Below, piece after piece: positions 1 to 12,579 of a stretch of DNA of 64,000 bases (within the stretch, counting starts at the first letter, position 1; each line of letters opens with the position of its first letter). The notes beneath the pieces are model-generated. The model was not told the DNA's origin. It saw only the letters and a program-made list of their open reading frames with translations, and ran no database searches. The stretch is taken from contig NW_026865709.1 in assembly GCF_026571515.1 (NCBI RefSeq), positions 62,001 through 126,000 of the forward strand, in the 5' to 3' direction. A program made the position numbers and the translations under genes. Origin of the DNA: Ruditapes philippinarum. Taxonomy: Eukaryota.

Positions 1-30
1 AATAGTTAATTATACTTTATTTAAACTTAC

Positions 31-3000
31 TTAAGTTGATCATGTTCCCGTTTCAAACGATTTCTTTCCGGTCTCACAGGGTTTTTTTCATCCATGGCAC
101 GTTCGCTTGTTTTTGTTGTCCTGCAATTATGTATTTTGATTGTTACAAACGGTTCTTATTTTCTGTTATTATATGGTATTACTATTGTGACATTAGGAAA
201 TGCTTAAATACATTAAATATAAAATTCTCTGACCAAAAAGTATGAAAATTAATTAAAACAAGCATTATTGATAGATATAGTTTATTATAAACTTTTTGAA
301 AATATGCCTTTTATGTCAAGTTCTTTTTAAAGAAACTTATTTGCATGATGTAACCCATACTTATCTAGCTGTTTTATCTTATCATTTCTTTCTTGAAGTT
401 GATCTTTCAGCTGTTGCAATTCTTTGTTCCGCTCTTGTTCTGCTTTATGTTTGTCAAACTGGGTCCTTAAACAATAAAAATCGCTTATTAAGAGGTCTGT
501 CAAATCCAATAATATTGCAAGGAATACATCGATTTCTTAAAGTCTTTTAAAAATATAAGATAAAACTTCTTTTTTCTCTCTATTTCATTTTCTATTACAT
601 TCAAAACGAATTCTTTCGGGTTTCGCAGGGAATTTTTCATCAATGTCAAGTTCCCTTGCATATTTTCTCATTTTCTGTTATCAGGCATTCCTATTGTGAC
701 ATTAGTTGTTTTTGTTTCTTTTGAATCAAACATTATTCGAGCATACATAAAGTGATAATTTTGTTTCTGTTTTGTAATAGATATACCATTGCTGTGTTGA
801 CGATTTCTGGGTTTGCGTAAATTATACCATAATCACGTGACCTTTCTTATGCCTTAACCTCACGAGACGAAGTCGAGTGAGGTTGCATAAGAAAGGTCAC
901 GTGATTATGGTATAATTTACGCAAACCCAGAAATCGTCAACGCACCAATAGTGTATCTGTTTTAACCTATAGCTCCGCCCAGAAACACTTACTCTGTCGA
1001 TCTTCAAAACTGAAAATTATACCATAGTCTGGGTATGGTATAATTTACGGTTATTGGAAATTATACTTGGAAGAATTTTACATAAGAAGCGCTGAAGAGC
1101 TATAGGTTAATCTGTTTTAATGCATTACTTTTATTGGAGTTAAGTTTGTTTCTCATAGCTATGGTGTAATTTTGTTTCTGTTTTCCGGACAAAATTAATG
1201 ATATCAATACCTAAGTTTCTTAATGTTTCCGTAATATAAGGCATTAATTTTTGTTTTGTTTGTTTATCACAGGAGTGTAATATATGTTATTAAAAGACTA
1301 AATTACACTAGTGTAAAAAATATACAAATAACGCGACTGAAACTTATAAGACAACAATAACACTGTCTCCGGAACTACAAGACATATATCAGAAACATCA
1401 CACTATCACTGTCTCTGGAACTGCAAGGCATATATCAGAAAAAACACAGTCACTGTCTCCGGGGCTACAAGAGCATATATCAGAAACATCACACTGTCAA
1501 TTTCTCCGGAACTTCAAGGCATATACTTAAACACCACACTGTCAATGTCTCCGGAAATACAAGGCATATATCAAAAACACTACACTGTCAAATTCTCTGG
1601 AACTACAAGGCATAAATCAGAAACACCACACTGTCAATGTCTCCGGAACTACAAGGCATAACTCAGAAACGCCACACTGTCAAATTCTCCGGAACTACAA
1701 GGCATATATCAGAAACGCCACACTGTCAATGTCTCTGGAACTACAAGGCATAACTCAGATACACCACACTGTCAAATTGTCCGGAACTACAAGGCATAAC
1801 TCAGAAACACCACACTGTCAATGTCTCTGGAACTACAAGGCATAACTCAGAAACATCACACTGTCAATGTCTCCCGAACTACAAGGCATAACTCAGAAAC
1901 ACCACACTGTCAATGTCTCTGGAACTACAAGGCATAACTCAGAAACGCCACACTGTCAAATTCTCCGGAACTACAAGGCATATATCAGAAACGCCACACT
2001 GTCAATGTCTCCGAAACTACAAGGCATAACTCAGAAACACCACACTGTCAAATTCTCCGGAACTACAAGGCATATATCAGAAACGCCACACTGTCAATGT
2101 CTCTGGAACTTCAAGGCATAACTCAGAAACACCACACTTTCAATGTCTCTGGAACTACAAGGCATAACTCAGAAACGCCACACTGTCAAATTCTCCGGAA
2201 CTACAAGGCATATATCAGAAACGCCACACTGTCAATGTCTCTGGAACTTCAAGGCATAAATCAGAAACACCACACTGTCAATGTCTCCGAAACTACAAGG
2301 CATAACTCAGAAACACCACACTGTCAAATTCTCCGGAAATACAAGGCATAACTCAGAAACACAACACTGTCAAATTCTCCGGAAATACAAGGCATATATC
2401 AAAAACACCACACTGTCAATGTCTCTGGAACTACAAGGCATAAATCAGAAACACCACACTATCAAATTCTCCGGAACTACAAGGCATAACTCAGAAACAC
2501 CACACTGTCAAATTCTACGGAAATACAAGACATATATCAAAAACACCACACTGTCAAATTCTCCGGAACTACAAGGCATAACTCAGAAACACCACACTGT
2601 CAAATTCTCCGGAAATACAAGGCATATATCAAAAACGCCACACTGTCAATGTCTCTGGAACTACAAGGCATAAATCAGAAACACGACACTGTCAATGTCT
2701 CCGGAACTACAAGGCATAACTAAGAAACATGACACTGTCAATGTCTCTGGAACTACAAGGCATAACTCAGAAACACCACACTGTCAATGTCTCTTGAACT
2801 ACAAGGCATAACTCAGAAACACCAGACTGTCAATGTCTCCGGAACTACAAGGCATAACTCAGAAACACGACACTGTCAATGTCTCTGGAACTACAAGGCA
2901 TAACTCAGAAACAACACACTGTCAATGTCTCTGGAACTACAAGGCATAACTCAGATCACCACACTGTCAATGTCTCCTTAACTACAAGGCATCAATCAGA

Positions 3001-6000
3001 AACGCCACACTGTCAATGTCTCCGGAACTACAAGGAATTAAATCTTAAACACCACACTGTCAATGTCTCCGGGACTACAAGGTATATGTCAGATACATCA
3101 CACTGTTAATGTCTCTGGAACTACAAGAGCATAACTCAGAAACACCACACTGTAAATGTTTCCTGAACTACAAGGCATAACTCAGAAACACCACACTGTA
3201 AATGTCTCCTGAACTACAAGGCATAAATCAGAAACGCCACACTGTAAATGTCTCCGGAACTACAAGGCATAAATCAGAAACATCACACTGTCAATGTCTC
3301 TGGAACTATAAGGCATAAATCAGAAACGCCACACTGTCAAATTCTCCGGAACTACAAGGCATAAATCAAAACACGACACTGTCAATGTCTCTGGAACTAC
3401 AAGGCATAACTCAGAAACACCACACTGTCAAATTCTCCGGAACTACAAGGCATAAATCAGAAACGCCACACTGTCAAATGTCTCCGGAACTACAAGGCAT
3501 AAATCAGAAACACCACACTGTCAATGTCTCTGGAACTACAAGGCATAAATCAGAAACATCACACTGTCAATGTCTCTGGAACTACAAGGCATAAATCAGA
3601 AACACCACACTGTCAATGTCTCTGGAACTACAAGGCATAAATCAGAAACGCCACACTGTCAATGTCTCCGGAACTACAAGGCATAAATCAGAAACACCAC
3701 ACTGTCAATGTCTCCGGAACTACAAGGCATAAATCAGAAACACCACACTGTCAATGTCTCCGGAACTACAAGGCATAACTCAGAAACGCCACACTGTCAA
3801 ATTCTCCGGAACTACAAGCTATATAACAAAAACACCACACTATAACTTACTAAGAGAAGTCGATTGAAACGTACTCTAGTCACATATTCATGTCAGATGT
3901 GAACTTCAAATCTATTTTTAAAATTGTTGTCCGTTCAATCAAATCCACAGTTTTTATTGTAATGTTAATACATTAAGAAAATGTAAAATATTAGCTGACA
4001 TATATCATTGCATGTACATTTTGTTTTGCATATTTGTGACGTCAACAACTGTGACAGCACAAGTATATGTATTGATCTCAAATTTACAAGATGATTTATG
4101 TCTCTGAGAATTTAAAGAAACAAAAGATATATTGAAGATAGATTATAACGTCGAATAAAACATTTCAATAAAATAGACAAGTGATATAAATGTATTCAAA
4201 TGCAACAATTGGCACTATTTTATCTACCCATCCTCTTTAACTGCTGACATTCAAACAGCGTTAAAGAGGCCAAGTATGACAACTTAATAAAATTGGAATA
4301 TTTAAAGGCTTATTCACTTGGCGTGATAAAAGTCTTAATATATTGACTTTAAAAACTGATCAAATACACGGCACATCTTTGTATTTTTATAACCAAATAA
4401 TCAAAACTAAACACATACCACGTACTTACCTTTCTAAAATCTTAGTATCATTGTCTTTTGTGTTTATGTTTTGATTGTCATTTACTGTTGTCTTCTTTTC
4501 TGTTGCTTGATTTTTAAAATCTTCAGCACTGTTTTTACCATTACCATTTACAGCCATCGCGTTTCTAAAAAAAAATTCATGAGAATTTGTTATTTGAAAA
4601 AGAGAATGATTTCATTTTCTAAAATAATCAACATACGTAAATACATATTAAAATATATTATGTATTCCCTATGGTTCTGCAATTAACATAATAACATATT
4701 AGAATATATTATTTATTCCCCATGTTTCCGTAATTAACATAATTACATATTAGAAAATATTATTTATTCCCTATATTCCGTAATTAACATAATTACATAT
4801 TAGAACATATTATTTTTCCCCATGTTTCCGTAATTAACATAATTACATATTAGAATATATTATTTATTCCCCATGTTTCCGTAATTAACATCCTTACATA
4901 TTAGAACATATTATTGATTCCCCATGTTTCCGTAATTAACATAATTACATATTAGAACATATTATTTATTCCATATGTTTCCGTAATTAACATAATTACA
5001 TATTAGAACATATTATTTATTCCCCAAATTTCCGTAATTAACATAATTACATATTAGAACATATTATTTATTCCCTATGTTTCCGTCATTAACATAATTA
5101 CACATAAGAACATATTATTTATTCTTCATGTTTTCGTTATAAACATACTTACATATTAGAAAATATTATTTTTCCCCATGTTTCCGTAATTAACATAATT
5201 ACATATTAGAATATATTATTTATTCCCCATGTTTCCGTAATTAACATCCTTACATATTAGAACATATTATTGATTCCCCATGTTTCCGTAATTAACATAA
5301 TTACATATAAGAACATATTATTATTCTCTATGTTTCCGTAATTAACATAATAACATATAAGAACATATTATTTATTTTTCATGTTTCCGTAATTAACAAT
5401 TACATATTAGAACATATTATTTTTTCCCATGTTTCCGTAATTAAAAAGATTACATATTAGAACATATTATTGATTCCCCATGTTTCCGTAATTAACATCC
5501 TTGCATATTAGAACATATTATTTATTCCCCATGTTTCCGTTATTAACATAATTACATATTAGAACATACTATAGTTCCCTATATTTCCGTAAGATGCCAC
5601 TGATGAATAAATAAAATGAATGCAGTGCAAACTACACACTAAATTGTATTATGAATATTTTGATACTGAATTTATTTATCCATTTATGGACAAACCCAAT
5701 TGACAATCGCAACAGCTCGCCTCTAAGGCTAAACATTTTTACAATTTTCGAAGATGTTTACAAAATGCTGCATTTTGCATTAAACCATAATAAACGTGTC
5801 CCAAGTATGCACAATCAGTATTAATATAATCCTGATCTTGATCTGAATAGTCTTACTTACGATTATGACATTTTCTGTTTCATGAATTAACGAAAACTAG
5901 CGCTAACGTCTTAGTAAATGCCCCCCCCCCCCACTCCCACTGGTTGGTGCCATGACCTTTAACCTCAGACCTTCAAATAGTCTAGCGGGTTAATGCTAAA

Positions 6001-9000
6001 GAGCATTTACAGACTGAAAATATATTCTGAAAATATGAGCTTTGTGTCTATGTAGTGACCCCAGGACAGAACCATTCAATTGTTTATCATTTGTAATTTT
6101 TTGAAGAGGGTCCCACAAGGCGATTTACCGAACAACATTTAAGTTCTTGAAATGGCAGTTTTTCCAAAAAATACTTAAAATATACTTTCTATGTAAAGCC
6201 CGTCTTCCACAGAACACACGGTTTATACGGTTGGCCACCCGTGTAAACCGTTACATACAGCCAACCAACCCGTGGCGTTATCCGAATTACACTCGGGCTA
6301 TTCGGTGTATCCGTGAAGCCGTGTATATTTTTAAAAACTTTAAAAAATGGTACGGATGAAATGTCCGTGATGATCGTATAAGCACCCTGCAATATCGTAA
6401 GAACCGTTGAGTCCGTATGAGACCCTATATAAACCGTATTTGAAATCCCCCTCCCGATTTAGCCCAACCGTCAAAATCTATATAAATCGTAGGAAACGTT
6501 CGGGCCCTCCCCCCATCCTACACCCAACCCCGTTTAAAACCCGAATGTAACACGAACACGGTACGATTCACACGGGTGCACACACGGTTTAATACGATCG
6601 CCATACGACCAAAACGTTTCAATTACGAATCATACATGGCATACACGGTATAGTACGGGTGAACACGGTCTCACACGGCCTCGAACGGTCAGACACGGCC
6701 TCTACGTCAGTACGAACATTACAACAAAAAACACAAATACCTGCTGCCACCCTCAACTGCTAGATCTACCCAGAGTACTTGCAGCATCACACTAGAATGC
6801 ATCGAAAGAAAAAGATTTCCATGCACAGAAGGAATATAAGAAGGGTCATCCAGGTCCGCCGAGCACTTCAACCTGCTGACCCTACCGAGCCTGATGAGCT
6901 GGGGATCTAACAATGTCTATCAGTCTGATCATAGTTTCTTACTCTATTGCATCTGCCATTGTTTTATATAACAATTATTCACATATATAGGCTTTTCTTC
7001 GTTGAAAGTTAGAAAATTTATGAAGCCAAACCATCCAAATGGGTCAATTTATATCAAAACATACACGAATGTGTGATAATTCGAGCATAACTCGAACAAT
7101 AGTCGGCGGGACCCTATGTAAACCTTGTGAAAGTCAAGTAAATCGTGTTAAAGTCGTGTTTAATCGTGCCAGACTGTACTAGACCATACTTGGAACCGTA
7201 CAACAATCGTATGTATTCGTATGCAAATCATGTTCAAACCATGCTCGACCGAGTATGTCCGTGCTTTATTCGTACATACTCCCTTACCAACTAATCCCAA
7301 GGCATGGTTGGAGCTAAATACTCGTACCAGTCAATCCGTGTATAACAGAGTATATATGGAGGGTGATTTATGCCAAAATTACATCTTGCTTTCTTACGTT
7401 ACATCGTGCTTTCTAACTTGTACATCGTGCTTTCTAACTTTCCATTTGCACTTATGGGAATATATAAAAAACGATTTAACCAATTTTTATATTTATTAAT
7501 GAAACTCTGAAGGTCAAATTATATTTCCAGCTGACAATGACAGACTAGACAGTTTTGACATTTTTTTTTTCTCAGAATCAGCTGATTTTGGCAGCAGTTC
7601 CTTCAGTTTTAAGCTGACACTGTGAACAAGAACCTGGGGCCGTATTCATAAAGCATCTTAGTGAATAATTTCAACTTAGTAAAAAAGACATTTTTTGGAC
7701 AAGTTGAATTTAAAAAATCTAACGTGTGTACAAAATTAGTTTGAAAATAGGCAAGAAAATGTCCTAATTAATAAAAACACATTAAAAATGTTGGGGATGG
7801 TCACAGGTATTGGAAATAAGCCATGTCAAAATTTAAGAACTTTTCAAGAGGATGAAATATTTTAATAAGAAGTTTTTTTATGACCCAAGCACTTTGAACA
7901 ATGTTGAACAACTGTTCTATTTTATAATTATTTTGTTGATGAAAAAAAAATTCTAAAACCTTTGATTTGGAAATGTGCAACTTGTCATTGTCAGCTGGAA
8001 ATTTAATTTGACCTACAGAGTTTCATTAATAAATATAAAAATCGGTTAAATTGTTTTGTATAATTTCCCATAAGTGCAAATGGAAATTTTAAAACAAAGG
8101 GACGTAACTTGGTAAACTCAATCCGAACCGCAATACGGACTTTACCGAGAATATAACTGTAGCGCCACCTGTTAGCATAATTTGGGTGTCACATATTATT
8201 ACACCAGATGTCGCGTTGTATTATGCTTGCTGCATTCGGCTTTCGGCTATGCGCATTCTAACTTATGACATTCGTCATTCAAGCTGAGTAAATAGACCCA
8301 AATACAAACAGTTGCAGGTTAATTTATTGAATTCATATACCAGATCAACAAATGAATAATAATTGATCATTAAATAACGACATCAACATAAAATTAAGCA
8401 AGTTGCACACAGCAGAAAGCATAATGTGCATGTAAGAAAGCAACATGTAAAAGTCAGAATGCAAGATGTATATGTCAGAATGCATAATGTACAAGTTAGA
8501 AAGCACGATGTACAAGTTAGAAAGCACGATGTAACGTAAGAAAGCAAGATGTAATTTTGGCATAAATCACCCTCCATAAGTATAAATCATATGGGAACCG
8601 TGTGGCCAACCGTGTTCTGTTTGAGACGGGCTTTAGCCTATATAAACATAGTTACCCCTGTACACATTTTGGACCAAGGGCTGTAATTTAAACAAATATG
8701 GTAAACACCCACAAGAAGATGTACATTTAACACTTCTCACAGCTCAGTTTGTTTGTGATTTCCTTCCACATTTATACTGTAGTGACTTGAAAAGCAGTTT
8801 TCGCAGTTTTCGTAAAGCAGATTTAGAAATTTACTTTTAATTTGCATGTCAATATTTTCCTTTTATTTAGTTATCAAAAAGTCAATGATAATAATTCATA
8901 ATCTCTATATAAAGTAAGGGACCCCTGAGGCGAGGCCAATTTTAACCCCATGGTTTATGCCAAATATCTAAGCTTTAGCCTGAGAAGTAGAATAGTTTTT

Positions 9001-11244
9001 ACACTATACATATATGGAAAACGCATGACCCCTGGGGCTGGGTCAATTTTAACAAAAGGTCTATAATTTGAACATCTTTGTTGAGTTTTATTAGATAATG
9101 CTAAACACAAAATATCTAGGATCTAGGCCTTGCACTTTCAGAGCAGATATTTTTTAAAGATTTCATTTTTAACCAATTGAACAATTTTATTAGAGCTTTA
9201 TGAACATTCCAGGGAAATTACAGCAAATTTGCGCGGTGGTTTCAAAGGAGAAGTGGTTTGAAAAACATTGACGACGTACGCATGGACGCACTGACGGAAG
9301 ACGGACGCCGGACAAATTGTGATCACAAAAGCTCACCTTGAGTACGTTGTGCTCCGTTGAGCTAAAAACAAAGAAACAAATAGAATATAACGCCGAAATA
9401 TGAAACAGACAAAAACATTCAATTTAGGTAAAGAAATAAGCGTTAAAACAAAATAAAACAAAATAAAACAAAATAGTAGAATAGGATTTACTTGTTTTGC
9501 TCTATAACTATATTTTCGGTGCTCGTAAATGTCGTCTGTTCTTTTATATCCGTCTGTGAAGCATGGCGTTTTGCTCCTCCTTCATTATTTGAGCCTTCAG
9601 TTGCGTACTTCATATGTGCATCCTGGCTGCTCTTTTCCTTCCTTTAATCAGGTAAAACTTGATTATTTTTCTATAAGATGCATGCCTTACCAAGTGTCAA
9701 ATTATAGCAAATTCTCAAACATTCGTATTCAAATGGGGACTTTATATACAAAGTAACAGTATAAAAGGAATGATTAAACTAATCGCCTTATGTATTTAAA
9801 TACCGAGATTATATCACTTTATTCACCCTATGTTCTGCATATATGGCAATGATTTATATTAGTTTTAAATTGGAAGGATGTGTATAAAATCACTGTATTT
9901 GTTTTCAGCATCTAAACATAAAATACTAGAACATTTGTTGACATTTGGTACTTATTTAATATTATTTTTACTATCACGGTCCTTTGTTCCTGTTTTGTCT
10001 TTGTCAGAGTTTTTCGTTGTTGACTTGTCAACATTTTGAGAGCTAGTTTCAGCAACAGATTCCACTGCAGTATATTGTCTAAAACGTTTTTAATACTTGA
10101 ATTATAATATTTGTATTATAGAAGTATATTATATTTTACACAACATTCCTTTTAAATGAATATTATGCGGACACAAAAATCATCATGCGCTTTTTTGTTA
10201 GTTAAGCTTTCATGTGCATGTGAATTTTTATTCATCATACTATTGTCCGTAACTTTTTAATCAGTTGAAAGGGTATCAGGACTTTTTCAACAAATTTAGA
10301 CATGTGCCGAAATATGAAGCATGTACGACATTAAGCTCTTTAAGTGAACGATCTATAACTTTATTACCCCTCGCATCGTATCTCATACTACTAAAATATG
10401 TTTGTATCATGTGTAAGGGAATATTATTGTTATAATATGATGTCGAAGCGTCCGAAAGTGTCCCTATGATTGCGTTAAACTTTGTTTTTGTAATAATGTC
10501 ACGACTAAGCACCAGCCTATTCAATGATATATGCATAGTTCTAAGTGATCAAGTTACCGTCGATTAAAGATAATCAAAATGAATCAATATCTAAATCAAA
10601 TTTTCATTCAGCAGAATTTTAAATATAAGCTAATACGTTAAGTTTGTTAAACTGAATAATGAGCTAACATATTATACTGGTACAAAATTGAAATATGTTT
10701 TAGAACGATATGGAGCACGCATATATCTTATATCAGTCTGTACGAACGACATATGTTTTGAATGTCACTCAAGCTTCAAATTCCAACATATACATTAAGT
10801 ATTTTGCTATATGTCCGTTTTTGTTGACGTATTCTCTGTTAATGTCCAGGTAGTTAAATAACAAGGCAAATTGTTATAATTCCGAACTTAATTCGATAGA
10901 GAATTCGAATAACGAACGTGTGTGCTTATTTCCGGCCAGATCAAACCGAACCTTAAAGAAATATTTTCAATTTGCCATTTTTGGCGACCTTTGGTTCCTA
11001 ATATTTCAGCTCGTTATTTGATATTTGTAAAACGCATTTATACCAAATGCTATGCTAACTTAAGTTTGTCATTAAAGAGCAAATGTTCTGCTTAATGCAA
11101 GTCTGTGAAACGATATAAAAAATTTTTTTTATAAAATGGTACATCATTTATACTTCCATACCTGTTCTCTGGTGCATCTTTGTTAGCAAATGTTGTATAG
11201 CCGCCTTCATCATCAGATTCGATTGTAGAATTTCGACATCCCAT
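31..11244 (-). CDS. 5' part of a multi-exon coiled-coil gene ('gene 0'), probably a fourth Mieap-domain paralogue; 3' end lies outside the window
   Basis: Hand-spliced exons with AG/GT boundaries: 11244-11162 (aaaccATGG; MGCRNSTIESDDEGGYTTFANKDAPEN), 9641-9492 (150 nt), 4564-4430 (135 nt), 465-361 (105 nt; TQFDKHKAEQERNKELQQLKDQLQERNDKIKQLD), 120-31 (90 nt; TTKTSERAMDEKNPVRPERNRLKREHDQL). All junctions are phase 2 and join in frame without stops. The last two exons and their introns are homologous to 58115-59036 in the Mieap-domain gene at 55012-62547. The Mieap domain itself is not in the window. Confidence 0.65.
779..1110. mobile_element. Foldback (palindromic) non-autonomous element
   Basis: Near-perfect inverted arms at about 797-862 and 876-941 around a short GAGACGAAGTCGA loop, followed by a second inverted pair TTAACCTATAGCTC (962-975) and GAGCTATAGGTTAA (1097-1110) enclosing another copy of the AAATTATACCATA motif. 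Superfamily not assignable. Confidence 0.7.
1360..3845. repeat. Minisatellite, 46-bp unit, about 54 copies, in an intron of gene 0
   Basis: Unit CACACTGTCAATGTCTCCGGAACTACAAGGCATAACTCAGAAACAC repeated head-to-tail; period measured at 1631 to 1677. Confidence 0.97.
4640..5592. repeat. Minisatellite, 50-51-bp unit, about 19 copies
   Basis: Unit ATTACATATTAGAACATATTATTTATTCCCCATGTTTCCGTAATTAACATA in tandem, starting about 75 nt from the acceptor of exon 4564-4430. Confidence 0.97.
7355..8578. mobile_element. IS3EU-type MITE (copy a), nested in the Harbinger-like element
   Basis: About 85-bp perfect TIR starting TATGGAGGGTGATTTATGCC and ending GGCATAAATCACCCTCCATA; exact 6-bp TSD AGTATA (7349-7354 and 8579-8584); 21-bp subterminal repeats. 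Confidence 0.85.
7440..8085. repeat. Inner inverted repeat with about 100-bp arms, inside IS3EU-type copy a
   Basis: 7440-7542 (TTCCATTTGCACTTATGGGAA...CCAGCTGACAATGACA) is the reverse complement of 7983-8085 with scattered mismatches. A GGGGCCGTATTCATAAAGCATCTTAG transposon-end-like motif lies at about 7636. Confidence 0.8.
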
Positions 11245-11651
11245 GGTTTGTCTACATTTGATATAGATAGGGATTATATAATGCCAACCGTTTTAAGTAC
11301 AATAAACAGGATTTAAAATATTAACCCGAAACTTAGATTTCCCATGAAGCATTTAATGATTAAAGATTTTAAAAAAAACGCCACTACAACTGATATAATG
11401 ATAAAAGTTTTTTTAAATTCTGGACGATATATTACTCATAAAATCTAAATTTGATCACACGAGCACTTTCAATGTTATCTACCTTTATAGTTTATCGTTT
11501 ATCTTGTATATTTGTATATTAAACAATGTTTATGTACAGAAACAAAGACTTATATTTAAAATATGTAAATATTTAACAATCTGGTGCTGGCTAACTGACT
11601 TAGTTTTCATATATGTTAATTTTTACATAATGTAAAGTTGAAACTAATTAC

Positions 11652-12189
11652 TATGGTGGCTGATTTGTGCCATTCGTGTATTCGCCTCGCGACCCCGCCA
11701 ATCGAAAAATCGAGAAATAACAAGTTAAATGGCGGGGACGTGGAGCGAAAACACGCTAATTAGCGACGGCGTGGGGCGAGATTTAAGAAATAAAACTGCG
11801 GGGGCGCGGAGCGAAAACACGCTTCTTAGCGCCCCCGCTAATTAGCGTGTTTTCGCGCCGCGCCCCCGCCATTTTTTACTTGTTTATTATCGACTTTTCG
11901 CTTGGCAGGATAGCGGAACGAAAACGTGCTAATAAGCAAGGACGCGCGGCGAAGTTTTATTTATTAAACTTCGCCCGCGATCCCGCTAATTAGCGTGTCT
12001 TCGTCCCGCGACCCCGCCGTTTTATTTTTTAAATTTCGCTCCGCATCCCCGTGGGGAGAAGTTTAATTTATTAAACTTCGCCCCGCGCCCTCGCTTATTA
12101 GCGTGTTTTCGCTCCGCGCCTCGCCATTTTAACTTGTTAATTTTCGACTTTTCGATTGGCCGGGGGAATGGCACAAATCAGCCACCATA
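11652..12189. mobile_element. IS3EU-type MITE (copy b), GC-rich
   Basis: TIR TATGGTGGCTGATTTGTGCCATTC / GAATGGCACAAATCAGCCACCATA; 6-bp TSD AATTAC / AATAAC (one mismatch); internal GCGTGTTTTCGCGCCGCGCCCC-like repeats in both orientations. Confidence 0.85.
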
Positions 12190-12579
12190 AATAACAGCTA
12201 TATGAGTAGGTACAGAAAAACATACATGACTTAGTTACTAAAGGTTATTCTGTATGTATTATACCATAAGCAGAGAAATAATGTAAAGCAGAATGATTTT
12301 AAAAATGAAACTTGTAGAAAACAAAATAACTTACGCTCTCAAAATGTTAGGGCAAAATTTCACTGCTTCATCAAGGAAGTAAATTAGAAACAGTTTCTTA
12401 AAATTGTCGGTTTATCAAACACAAGGTATGTAGGACAAAAGTGTGTTCTGTTATCAGTGTATGTACAACTCATCTACCAATGTAAACAATTCTAATCGAA
12501 AGTAGGGGCACTTTAAGGGTCTTTTATAAATTCATCCCATCACATACTCGCATACAATATTGTATGATCCAAAGGCTTT

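Larger units (their letters stand above)
6197..8632. mobile_element. PIF/Harbinger-like non-autonomous DNA transposon
   Basis: Terminal inverted repeats AGCCCGTCTTCCACAGAACAC at 6197 and GTGTTCTGTTTGAGACGGGCT ending at 8632; flanked by TAA and TTA (TWA target). Subterminal CCGT/ACGG-rich repeats. A degenerate minus-strand start near 6958 (MADAIE*ETMIRLIDIVR) resembles a decayed MADF/Myb ORF. Confidence 0.75.
5895..9367 (-). mobile_element. Helentron/HINE-type non-autonomous element, split by a nested insertion at 6197-8632
   Basis: Minus strand from 9367 reads TTTTTAGCTCAACGGAGCACAACGTACTCAAGGTGAGCTTTTGTGATCAC followed by a GTCC/CGTC-rich microsatellite, the typical head of mollusc HINE/DINE-like elements. 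Degenerate internal repeats (GACCCC...GG...AATTT) occur at both 8640-9250 and 5950-6190. The left boundary is approximate. Confidence 0.6.

Noticed and set aside
1360-3845. CRISPR-like array or repetitive protein ORFs (MSPELQGITQKHH...)
   Set aside because: Units are contiguous with no unique spacers, there are no cas genes, and the DNA is eukaryotic. The 46-bp unit is not a multiple of three, so the ORFs cycle through frames.
3851-3911. Possible extra exon of gene 0 next to the 46-bp array (AG acceptor, GTAAGT donor)
   Set aside because: Stop codons in all three frames.
1500-5592. STAT- or C/EBP-like motifs (TTCTCCGGAA, TTCCGTAA) reiterated in the 46-bp and 51-bp satellites
   Set aside because: Short degenerate motifs are expected by chance and are multiplied trivially by tandem repetition; no functional evidence.
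7221-8577. Two ORFs sharing the peptide MEGDLCQNYILLSYVTSCFLTC on opposite strands
   Set aside because: Both are read from the terminal inverted repeats of one MITE.
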